From Octopus sinensis (Eukaryota): a stretch of DNA of 64,000 bases. How positions within the stretch are numbered: position 1 is the stretch's first letter; the number at the start of each line of letters is the position of its first letter. The translations under genes and the position numbers were made by a program. The notes under the pieces are model-generated. The model was not told the origin of the DNA and did no database searches. It was given only the letters and a program-made list of their open reading frames with translations. This document shows positions 14,171-25,602 of the stretch, one piece after another. The stretch is from the NCBI RefSeq assembly GCF_006345805.1, contig NC_042997.1:496001-560000 (forward strand), in the 5' to 3' direction.

Positions 14171-14670
14171 CTAGCAGTATCGCCCGGCGTTGCTCGGGTT
14201 TGTAAGGGAAATAACTATATAAGCATTTTTAGAGAGTTATAGTAAAAAAATAGCAAAGAAATGCATTAAAAATGGAAAAAATATGATGGTAAATTTTTTT
14301 TAAATCGTTGACTCATCGTAGACATTTTTAGAGAGTTACTTCCCTTATATAATAGCCAAAAAATGCATTAAAAATGGAAAAAATATGATGGTAAATTTTT
14401 TTTAAATCGTTGACTCATCGTAGACATTTTTAGAGAGTTACTTCCCTTATATAATAGCCAAAAAATGCATTAAAAATGGAAACAAATGATGGTAAATTTT
14501 TTGAAAAATCGTAGCCTCATCGTAGACGCGCGCTAATACCCAGAAGGGCTCGATATGAATCACGACTATAAGATACCCGGTTTTGGTTAAACTGCACCGC
14601 AAAATGTGGGAGTAGTTAGGAATCTAAATCGTAGGAGACAGACACACAACCTCTCTTTTATATATAAAGA
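14171..14670 (-). mobile_element. Non-autonomous Helitron (500 bp) in (TA)n
   Basis: On the minus strand: 5'-TC, 3'-CTAG, subterminal hairpin CCCGAGCAACGCCGGG, inserted between A and T; internal ~102-bp tandem repeat. Confidence 0.85.
14223..14527. repeat. ~102-bp tandem repeat, about 3 units, inside the Helitron
   Basis: GACATTTTTAGAGAG at 14321 and 14423, a near-match at 14223, and GTAGAC recurring to ~14527. Confidence 0.9.
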
Positions 14671-15495
14671 TATATATATATATATATATATATACTTAGC
14701 AGGTAAAGGCTCACTGCGATTTTAAAACTACAAGTAAATTTGTTTATGCAAGAATTATAGTAAGGTAGTTATATAATGTTAAGCGTCCAAACAATCTGAT
14801 ATGCCTTGTGTGTGTGAACCTCTAAGCAATGCAATCATAAATGATGTGGTGCGACATTTATGTAGATTGTCGAAAATAAGATGTGTAGGTCGGAGTAATC
14901 TGCTTTCAGTTTCTGTTATTGCTAGTACATGGAATCTATGTCGCATGATGTGAATTCCGGACCAAATTTTCAACAGCATACCGTAATCTCCTGCAGTTGA
15001 TACTAATATTTATCTGTTTATTTATCACTCTGCCTCTATACAAACACCGGTAACTCTCTTGACTCAAGAGGTTTTGTCGCTTTGTTAGCGACCGGCTTGA
15101 ATTCTCTCATGAACTTGCGTAAATCTCAAAGGGAAAAAAACGTATATGTATATGTACACACACACACACATACACACACACACACACATACACACACATA
15201 TATATATATATAAAATTTATATTTAATTGTGCTCATGACTTAGTGTTTTGCTTCTTCCATGGGTATGAGTAAGTATCTCATTTATTTCTTTGCCACATTT
15301 ATCACCGACGAAGGGAGGGTTCTTATGAACTAATCCTGAAATCGGTCCGATATGGTAATAATGGGATTTTTTAGAAATTCCTGTCGCCCCTTTTTCGAGT
15401 AGCGTGCGTATTGTGAAAAATTATATGGTTATGGACAATATGTCCAATTTCGGCATATTTGGCATCAGAAATTCGTTTGCCCTTATTTATAAGTT

Positions 15496-15552
<57 letters not shown>

Positions 15553-16524
15553 GATATATAGATTGATAGATGCGTATATATATATTTTTCTTACACCCTC
15601 TCTTCCTTTCTCTTTTCCTTACACACACACGAGTGCACACACACACACACACACACACACACTCATGCACACACGTGTATGCATGTATGTACATTTCTAT
15701 AAATATATTGATCGGAAATACCTTATTTTCCTTTTATTTTTAAAATTAAATTTAAAATTCAATTTATAGGTTCAAAGTGACTAGTTGGAGCCTAAATATT
15801 CTCGTTACGTTTCTACAAATTAGTTCCTCTTTTTCATTTGGAAAGAAAACGTATAAAAAATCATCCACCTTATCAATATCATCTATTTAGCTACACACTA
15901 ACATCTACTAAAACTATTTTAGTGACGGTTATATAGATATAGAGGGCATAGGTTTATGTCGTGTACGTCCGTTATTACTGTAAGTTATATTATCTGTTTC
16001 TGTCACAAGGCATCATGTTTCACTCTAATTAACATTTAATAGGCTGTAAAAAGAAGTACATTACATATCTAACCATAACGATATAAATTTGATCAAGTTC
16101 CGCTTGCGTACATAACTGAACTCAATTATTTAGTTATAAATTATAAAGACTGGGTATCCATTGCATTATGAAGCGTACACGATCTAATAAATGATATTTA
16201 CATAATCATTTGCCATTTTTTAGAATATTAGATATTCTAAAAAATCTTCCACCGTAACAACTTACAAGGAAATATATAGGAGAACGTTTTGGGTGAATTA
16301 TCTAGCAAAATGTCGGAGCAGTCATAGCTGGTGAGCTTATATTTGTATGTCTGTTCAGAGCGGAACATAGACGAAATACTAATGACAATACAAGCACAAA
16401 TAACACTACGCACAGACGAAATTCTAATTATCTTTTGTGTAATTTATTGTCTCCTTTCACAAATATAAAATATAAAAGAAGGAAACTAAGAAATACTTGA
16501 AATAGCATCTAATATGCTTTTGTC

Positions 16525-16953
16525 TCAAGCATTTGTCTTATGAAGAAAGGCTGAAGACGCTCGATCTTTATTCTCACGAACAACGACGACGCCGTGGTGA
16601 TCTCATTCTCGCTCACAACATCATAAGCGGAAAGTGCAACCTCTCGAAAGAGCTGTTCTTCACTCCTGCTCCAGAGCGTGGGCTGCGGGGTCACTCCGAA
16701 AAGCTCTATCTACGACGATTTCATCTCAATCGAAAGAGAGGGGCTTTCTCCGTCCGGGCTGCGGATCCGTGGAATAAGCTGCCGGACGAGATAATGAAGA
16801 TGCTGACGACCGCTCGGTTCAAAGTCACTCTTCACCAGAAATGGCCTGAACTCTTTGTATGACCACCCTCCCTGTACATAACTCCCTGTCCCCCTACATG
16901 GCTTTGCTTTTGCTTTTTGAGCCAATAAAAATTTAATTGAAAATTGAATTGAA
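16525..16953 (+). mobile_element. CR1/L2-group LINE, 5'-truncated 3' end
   Basis: LSYEERLKTLDLYSHEQRRRRGDLI...RGHSEKL...FSVRAADPWNKLP is the typical CR1-type C-terminus; short TTGAA-repeat tail. Confidence 0.85.
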
Positions 16954-18321
16954 TAATATATATACAAGACAGATATAAATAAATAGTGAAATGATTTTAA
17001 GATATTTAACAACTTTTAAATATCTTTATGACAATTAGCGAGATATAACTGTTAAATGTGAAAGGACTTTGCTTTTGCCATCCATGTATACATGAAAGCT
17101 ATTTCCTTCATTCCTTAGAAATTATGTTTGCGGTTACAATATCAGCATGACATAAATCAACCAAAGCCCAGATGGCAAGTGGAAGTAACAAAGATGTGAA
17201 AGTAAATTCAAAGATGCAGACAAAAGAAAAGGTTTATCATCGTATGGGAGGTATGGACTTTCAGTTTAGTGTTAAAATGAACAATAAATGCAAAATATTT
17301 TCCAAAAAACGATGTGACTTGGAGTTCGTCTGAATGATTAGTAGGCATTGAAATTCAGCCTTTTTCAAAATCTGAAACTCTGTGAGTATTTACTCGGAGA
17401 CGTTATCTATATGAATTATGAAAGTCAACTTAATATGAAGGTATTTCATAGAATGAGCAAAAAAATCTTATACAAATATTTGTGCAGTGAAGAAAAGACC
17501 GCATTAGTTCTGCGAATAACATTATTTCTAAGATTTCTATATGTAAATGTGACAATTCCGAATATATTTCACACTATGAAGTTGTTTGATTTAAAGTAGG
17601 GATAAGTGAATCTCTTAACTGGTGTACTATATGATACCCAGGCAGGTGTGAAAAATTGCATATTTTATAGAAATATACCTCTGAAGTTTCAGATTTACAG
17701 GTATTGTTATTTTAAAAAAGATACTTAACACTCGATAGTAAATATTTGTGCAATACCGATATATTAATACAAATATAACCAGTAAAAGAGTAAAAGAGTA
17801 AAGAGTTAAATCATAGTAAGATAACGCCTTTAAATTCTGATTCATACAGCACCCGCTGTTCCTTTCTAAAACGAAAATAATTGTAGTCCAACAAAATTAA
17901 GCACTCTTGTCAATTAGAATACAGCGGTATCAACAGCTATTGCGTGGACTGCTTGACAGTTGATAACACATCATCACATGTCAAGAGATTGTGTGGGTGT
18001 AAGCTTCATTTGGCTTAAATATTTAATATTATAATGCAACATTTCAGCATATTGAGTGAAAAACAGAAATTGAAGTTAACCAAAGCATATTCCTCATACG
18101 AATTCTAAAAGCTGCCGCGTTGATTTACGATGAGTTTGTTATTATAATAAAAGATGTTTTATTACAGATCATGATACTGAATATCTTGAGGGGAGATTTC
18201 AATTGTAAAAACGGGGTACATTTATAGAGCAAACTCACCTCATAAGGTGAATCATAAAGTAATGGGATTAAAATGTCAAACTGTGACTAAATATACATAC
18301 ACACACACACACACACACATA

Positions 18322-19290
18322 CAGTTGCGGCCAAAATGTTCAGAACGGTATTGTTTAAGTCAGAAAATTAGGTATAAGTTTTTATCAAAGTTGTTTTATA
18401 TTCTACAGACAATATTTTCACAGACAATAAATACAAAATTAATTGGTATTGTCTGAGATTTTGACGTAATTTGAGTGGATAATACAAAAGTTATGGATGA
18501 TATAGTGATTTACTGCAAAACCCATGGTGGCCAAAATGATCGGAACGGTTGAAAAAATAACAAAATAATCAAAAAGGACAGAGAATTCTGGAATTATTTC
18601 ATATTTAGTGTGAAGCCCTTTAGCTTCAATCAAACTTCGACATCTTCGACTGCATGAGAAAATTAAATTTTCAATTTCTTTCTGGGTGATCTTATTCCAT
18701 TCTTCCTGAAGGGCATTCCATAATTGCTCGGTTGTTTTAGGATTTCTGGCTTTCGAACGTTCTCCAGGAGACCTGGATGTTGTCTTTCCGACTCCAGCAC
18801 ATGTTTTCTATGGGATTGAGATCTGGGCTTTGAGCAAGCCAATCCGTAATAATAACCTTTTCAGCCTTGAAGAAGTTCATGACCGCTTTAGCCTTGTGAC
18901 ATGGGGCATTGTCCTGCATGAATATGGGTGGTCGCTTAGTTGAATTTCTCAGCACAGGCAAGACATGATCTTTTACAAGTTGTTTATAAACTCCTGCATT
19001 TACCTTTCCATGTAATCGCAGCAAAGGGCCCACACCATCTCCAGATATCATACCCCAAACCATGACACTTCCTCCACCGAATTTAACATTAATCTTAAGG
19101 TATTTAGGCGACAATTTTTCACCTGCTTTTCGACGAACGTACCTTTTCCCATCTGAGCCAAATAACATAGACTTAGATTCATCGGATTATGGCTGCTGTT
19201 GCTTAATGAGTGGGGTTGACTTAGTGCACAGCCTTTCCTCACTTTAAAAAAAATCTCCTTGCACGATAACAACATTGTTCATGATTGTAG
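18322..19290 (-). mobile_element. Tc1/mariner transposon, partial (catalytic domain plus one TIR)
   Basis: SDESK...KFGGGSVMVWG...FMQDNAPCH...WLAQSPDLNPIEN (DD34E); end CAGTTGCGGCCAAAATG after TA; inner direct repeat 200 bp inside. Confidence 0.92.
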
Positions 19291-19486
19291 ATGGTGCTGT
19301 GTCTCAACGGAATGGCTGGCTGTAGCCTTAAAAAGTAAATAAAAGTCACATTCGATCACAGCACCAATAACAGTTATGCTTCGTACAATGGCCATACTCG
19401 ATAACGAGGGGACAGCTATCATGTGTGTATGTATGTATGTATGTATGTATGTATGTATGTATGTATGTATGTATGTATGTATGTAT
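19290..19486 (+). mobile_element. Probable extreme 3' end of an RTE LINE with (ATGT)n tail
   Basis: KSHIRSQHQ* (C2H2 end), small hairpin CTCG-ATAA-CGAG, then (ATGT)n; same layout as the 36.2 kb RTE end. Confidence 0.4.
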
Positions 19487-19656
19487 TCATGTATATGTGC
19501 AGATTTATTTGTTTTCTTTTAAGTATATATTCTCATGCATAACGTTGTATATGTAGATATGCTCATATATACTTAAATGATAAACTTCTGGAAGTTTTGC
19601 AGATTTTTACAGTACATCTGTAGCCTTCGAATATATATATATGTGTATATATATAT

Positions 19657-19689
<33 letters not shown>

Positions 19690-19705
19690 GTATATGTATA
19701 TAATT

Positions 19706-19985
19706 TAAGCGTGGTTTCGTCCATGAAGTTCGGGGCCTTGCTTGCCCTTCGCTCGGTCGCGGAATATAGGCGGTGATACTGCGCCCTATAATAATATACC
19801 AGAGCATCCCGATAAGTGTGCTGCTCGAAAGCGCACTGCTGGCGTATGGGGAAAGCTTGCTTTTCAATTTTTGCAGTCGTGTATGTATGTCAAGATCAGG
19901 GCTCATGAACCACAAACTAGAGCGCGCAATATTCCTGAATGTCAGCACTAGTCTTCCTCGTTCATGATTGGACGGCCATCGAAAC
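19706..19985 (+). mobile_element. RTE-like LINE 3' fragment
   Basis: EHPDKCAARKR and FCSRVCMSRSGLMNH resemble the RTE C-terminal Zn motif (cf. CQRECLSRIGLHSH at 36.3 kb). Confidence 0.5.
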
Positions 19986-20009
19986 TATACAAAGTATAAT
20001 TGGATGTGT

Positions 20010-22532
20010 ATATTTTCTCCTTGTTTACAATTAACACGGAAAAATAAGTTACAAGGACAGCAAAAAACACACAAGGAAGAAGGACGTAACACCCTGTTTG
20101 TAAAGGTAGAAACTCCGAGTTGATGTGAAATATTTTTTGTATAATATATATAAATAAATAAATGGAGCTAATCGCAGTTGTTTTTCAAATTCTTTTACTT
20201 CCGACATATATGTTTCGAAGACAACATTGGTAGTATTTCCAAAGGAACAAAATTGTGTAAAACAATGTAATCTTCGCATCAGGGAAAGAAAGAAACCAAA
20301 CATTAATAAGACATTTTTACAGAATGTGATGAATGTGTATAATGATGAACGGAACGCTATTAAGTTTATTAAAGAAATCCGTTAGTAGATATAACTTCAA
20401 AGGTTACCTATAGAAAAAGAAGGGGTAAAAGAAAGGAATTAGCAGAAAACTAATAAAGGAGAAATATAGTGCGATATGTGAATAAAAATAAAAGCTTAAA
20501 GGCTTGGAAATAGATATATGTAATGGAAGTGAAATGTAAGAAGGAAATCAATGTTCAAATTATATAGAATGGTAGAAATCACTTATATGAACTAAAGGTA
20601 TGTTTCTGCCAATGTTTACATCGATAAGCACGCTCTGTAAACGTGTTTACAAGGGGATTCGTAGAAAATAGAATATAAAAGAACTCACTGTTACAGAGTT
20701 GGCAGAAATCTTTGCCTTTTATCGCATGGTAATGAAATGGAGAGAATCAACCAATCTAAATTAAATTGTTTATTATGATCTTTTAGATACCAGGTTAATT
20801 TTCTAAGCCCTGTTCTGCTGCGTTTATTACTATCCCTAAATGTAGAGTAAGGATTAGAAATTATTTTAGATAATTGAGAAGGAGTACCTATATAAAAAAG
20901 ACATCGGTACCGGAAGTAATTTTGCTCTGGTATATAGAATTTTTAGTCTTAGAATAACTAGACATAACCTTAATTCTGTTGGAATTGACTTCAGAGACAA
21001 TAACCTTGTTACTATTACCTAAATTAATGTTAGTATTTTCAGTGATTGGATTCTTATTTAACAGACTAATATTGTGTGAAGAGATAATTTGTGAAAGGTT
21101 TTTTGTGTTAGAAAAACTAATCCTAATCATGTGCGAGTTGATAATCGTGTAATACCTAGAATTCATTGGAAATTTATTAATTATAGCTTCACGAATCTGG
21201 AAAGGAAGATAAGATTTAATTTGCCTCCCAAATTGTTTTGCTAGTAGTTGCCTTATTGTTAATGTAACTAGCTTTAAAAGACTTCGATTTACCTTTAGAA
21301 TGAAAAAAGGGTCTTAAATAACGGTTATCTCCCTTACGCTGTAAAAAAACGTTACTCCGTTTGGTATTGGTGTCTAAATTAAAATCAAAATCGTTCATAT
21401 CGTTACAACTAGATTTCATGTCTCGATTACTAAATGTAGACTAAGATTGAATAGAATTAATGTAGGTAAATTTCTCTACATAGCCTGGTTTAAGTAAGGC
21501 AGTGTTATAAAATTCAGCCTTGTCGTTGACAATGTCTACATTAGCACATATCTGTGACAATCTGAATGAAATATTTTTAACTAAATTCTTACTTATTGCC
21601 CTAGAATGATTACTGAATTGGCTAATATACTTAAGATTGGTTGATGGTTTGTGGTATGGGAAGTAAGTATTATTGGGTAAGTTAAGTGTATATCTAAAAA
21701 TTTGGCTTTCGTTATATCATCGTCAAAAACGATGCCTAAACCCATTCTTCGGAAAAACATAACTAAACTATTCTTAACCTTTTGTACTTTTTGGTTAGAA
21801 ATATTTTGAAGGTAGAGTAAACAATCATCACGATATAAACATCCATGGATGATTGGGAACTGATCTACCATTTTATAAAGTATATTTGTGCTAAATCAAA
21901 ACTTCCCAACGTGACACCAAAACCATCGGGTGTATATTTACGGACCCACAGCTTGTTATCAAATTTTATGATAGATTTTCTGGCCGCCAACACGACATTA
22001 ATCTCTTCCCTGATGAGACCAGCTTTGTTGTGAGCTAGCCAGAGTGCATTATTAAGTACTATTGGGTTGATGGAGGAATAGAAACTAGAAATGTGAAACT
22101 GGATAAACTTAGCAATACAACTAAACCAGTCGACGACTTGGGACGAATTGGACCATAAACTAAGCTTTAATTTTTTTAACTATTCTATCCATGCTATGAA
22201 TTTCCTTGGTGATATTGTGAAGATATCTCAGATGTTTATTCCTTAGGGGTGAACGGTGAAATTTTACATTCCTCACGATAGACCAGAGGTCATCTTCAAA
22301 CTGTTTCAATCATGGGTTAGGTGGAGGATTGTTTTTAGATTTAAATATTTTTTTAAATTCAGAAGTTAGATCATTAGTGAGCTGTTGAATGTCCTTACTG
22401 TCGACGAAAAAAGCGAGCCATCTGATACGGTTAATAAAGGAATTTGTGGTACTAATGAGTTGCTTAAGGAAAGCATTCTTTGGGGGGGATGGGTATATCC
22501 TTAATAGATGCGTTTATATTAAATAAGTCCAT
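20010..22532 (-). mobile_element. Penelope-like element, near full length, frameshifted (RT plus GIY-YIG)
   Basis: N-terminus MDLFNINASIKDIPIPPKE...FINRIRWLAFF; RT LYRDDCL and KFLDI; IRISFS; IYQSKIT..FYIG; C-terminal LRKLTWYLK...CQLCNSE. Confidence 0.88.
20199..20286 (-). ncRNA. Type I hammerhead-like motif at the Penelope 3' end (A9C variant, long stem II)
   Basis: TTCC-CTGATGC-GAAGA..TCTTC-GAAA-CATATATG-TC-GGAA: stem I TTCC/GGAA, stem II extended by ACATTG/CAATGT, palindromic stem III, GUC site. Confidence 0.7.
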
Positions 22533-22923
22533 ATGCGGTAACTATTTTATTAGCAGGTTCCGCTCATCATTATACACATTCCTCACATTCTGCAAAAATG
22601 TCTTATGATGAGAAGATTACATTGTTTTAAACCATTTTATTCCTTTTGAAATAATACCAATGTTGTTGATCGAGAAAGACCATCGCTAACCATTGCTCTT
22701 GCAACATATCGGTAATGCCGGCACAAAATTTTAGATCTCAAAGGTTTGTATTATACCTCATAGACTTTCTCAGCGATGCTAACGTGATACAGAGACAAGC
22801 CAGATCATGACGTAAAATTACCTTTTGGACCGAACTCGCACGCCTATATATGTGTATGCATGCGAACATGCATATATATATATATATATATGTATCTTCC
22901 CGTCATATATATATCCCTTCCGG

Positions 22924-23142
22924 TCATTCAAAATGTGACCGCGTGTGTACCGTTGGCGACTTTTATTCCTCCGTCTTCCTTTCTTTGGATCTTTCCTTTT
23001 CCTATGTCTCTGACGAAGAGCTCCGCTCGAAACGTTAAACGCTCCTTCTTTCCTTCTTTCCTGTGCGTCCAGTAATACTACACTTGTTCCACGTCCTCGC
23101 GTTGTTGTGTTTTCTCTTTGTGTTTTCATGTTTGTATTAACT
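22924..23142 (+). mobile_element. Short non-autonomous repeat family H1 carrying a minimal hammerhead
   Basis: Second copy at 46775-46987 (-) and a 3' fragment at 11357; TA-rich flanks. Confidence 0.85.
23006..23040 (+). ncRNA. Minimal type I hammerhead ribozyme motif
   Basis: GTCT-CTGACGA-A-GAGC TCC GCTC-GAAA-CGT-T-AAAC; the other copy has GTTT, restoring GTTT/AAAC stem I; palindromic ACGT stem III. Confidence 0.65.
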
Positions 23143-24538
23143 TTATATGTATATATATATAATACCCACACACTCACACACACATATATACATATGTAAC
23201 TATGTGATACATTGGTGCTTTCTTGTAACTTCTATATAATGCTAAGGAAGATATAGAAAACATTAATAATTGGAATTCATAAATGGCATCTGAATTAAGA
23301 TAATAGTAGTGCAGTATACGTAGAAAGTTGGACAGGAATAATTAAAATAAATAAAAGCCAAGTATGGAAATTCCTTCAGGTCCATAAAATCTTACATGAA
23401 AATTATCTATACTCAATTCAGGACTATAAATTTTCATAAAAGTAATTTATACACTATAAAATTATAAAATACTTTGATACTAAATTGATTTTTCGTGATC
23501 AGTCTTAGTTAGTAATCGGTGATCAACACTTAAGGAAGAAAATTAGCCAAGCCAGTGAAAGTTGTTCCGAGATACAAGTTTATTGTTGTTGTTGTTCGTT
23601 ATGTTAGCGTTGGTGTTTAGCCTCATTTTAGCCTTCAATAGTACGTTTATATTCGTAAATAACTCAACTCCGATCATTCCATATCGTTATATTTATTTTA
23701 TGTATTTCCGAGTATATTATGTGATGTGCCCTCATTTTTTATGACAACAACGTGTGATCAGTGATGATTTAGCTGCTATTTCTAGCAAGTCATAACCACC
23801 TCGTTTCGAATGATTTAGCCTTTGTTGCAGATGTGATTCATCTAGTGATTAACGTTAGGCTCCGCTGTTGGCCACAGGAATTAGGCACAGTGGGAAAGCA
23901 ACACGCTTGAATTAATTCGGTAGTAATAAAACTGCGGAGTTGTTATCTTCTTAATGGCTTACATTTTATATATTGCTAAAACTTAGAACATAAACTACAA
24001 CAAATATGGTTGAATGCATTAAGTAATATTAGTGGAATTTATTAAATAAAAGTCATAATTAAAATCAAACTGAAAGTGCTAGATTGGACTACAAATTTAA
24101 TTTGTGTTTCTCAGTGGTATGAGTAAGTTTCGTGCTTACATTATCAAAAGGCTATATAATAAACCACCAAAGAGATTTATGAGACATAAATTTGTTGAAA
24201 TTTAAACATATATGTGATAATTACAAATGTTTCCGACAAGCATTGTGCAGGTGTTTGTGATGTAATTCCTCATATATGAATATGTGTAAGAGTATTTGTG
24301 TCTACAAATGTTAGAAAAAGCAGTCTATAAAAGTGTAAGTATTTCTATATTTATTCTAACTTCACTTCTATTTTAAATTTTCCGTTGCATTGACGTTCCT
24401 GGCACTGACGCGTTTGTCATCATCCAACGAAAATACAATAACAAGAAACTGTAAGGTGTGACGGAATATAAGTCTTAGCCTTGAATAATGAACACAGTAA
24501 GACATTCATTTTCTTTTCCATCGGTACACATGTGCGCT

Positions 24539-24573
<35 letters not shown>

Positions 24574-24654
24574 GCACGCACACACACACACACTTCAATT
24601 TTTCACTTTATGTTCAGTTATAATAAACGCAATTTTGTATTGAACAGATAGGTT

Positions 24655-25066
24655 ATCTTATCTTTTATTTGTTTTAGTCATTAAACTGCGGCCATGTTGG
24701 AGCACCGCGTTGAGGGCTTTACTCGAACAAATTGACATCAAGACCTATTTCTTAAAGCCTATTACTTATCGCATCGCTGTCTTTTGCCGAACTGCTAAGT
24801 TATAGACGCCTAAATTCACGAACACTGGTTCTCAAACGGTCGTGGGGAACAAACACAGACACAAACAACCCCCATACACACATACATACATACGTACATA
24901 TTTATATACGATGGGTTTCTTTCAGTTTCTATCAACAAATCCCACTCACAAAGCTTTGGTTCACCCGTGCCTATAATAGAAGATACTCGCCCAAGGTGCC
25001 ACGCAGTGGGACTGAACGCGGAACCATGTGGTTGGGAAGCAAACCTTCTTACCACACAACCACGCC
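24655..25066 (-). mobile_element. tRNA-headed SINE family C with internal microsatellite
   Basis: Matches 45342-45848 along its length (GGTTCC..TTCAGTCCCACTGCGTGGCACCTTGGGC; GGTGCTCCAACATGGCCGCAG). Confidence 0.88.
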
Positions 25067-25547
25067 GTATACTTTTGTAGAGTACAGATTAATTATTCTT
25101 AAACAAGAATGTAGTTGACTTTGAAGTTTCGAACAGCTAAGATATCGGCGGCTAAACATACCAATTTAAGAAATAGAAATATATAACTACACAAACCCAC
25201 CCACACACAAATATTTTTCCTATCAGTGATTAAAAATAGAACAAGGTGAATAGGTTCTTTTCAAGGCGAAGTTCAGCTTTCTCATTGATCGCTAGTAGTA
25301 GTAAAGATATTTGAACTCTGCTGTCGCCAAGGGATCTCTTCATCTGTCGAATCTATTTTCAGACCCGTGGAATTTAATCTATTCACAAAGCTGCCTAACT
25401 TGCTCCTACAATTTCCTTAAACACTCACATATTTATGACCATCTTAAGTACAAGAGAAAATTTGAAATTAAACCACATTCAATAATACTTTTAATAATAA
25501 ATGGAGATAATAATGATGGTAAAAATGAAGATAACATCAGTAATGAC

Positions 25548-25601
<54 letters not shown>
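25548..25601. repeat. (AAT)n microsatellite at the 5' flank of the R4/Dong element
   Basis: Pure trinucleotide run. Confidence 0.97.

Positions 25602-25602
<1 letters not shown>

Noticed and set aside
13697-14703. Inverted CCTGCTAA plus TA runs about 1 kb apart
   Set aside because: Only 8 unique bp; cannot be distinguished from chance
15046-15095. Two adjacent hairpins closed by CCGG (three-way junction)
   Set aside because: No ribozyme core on either strand, single copy, short stems
17172-18220. Plus-strand two-exon model (ATG 17172, donor 17251, acceptor 18167)
   Set aside because: Gives a short unrecognised peptide that stops soon after the acceptor
19955-20005. Hammerhead-like GATGG/CCATC-GAAAC-TATAC/GTATA
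   Set aside because: No CUGANGA and no stem I; better explained as an RTE 3' end abutting the Penelope tail
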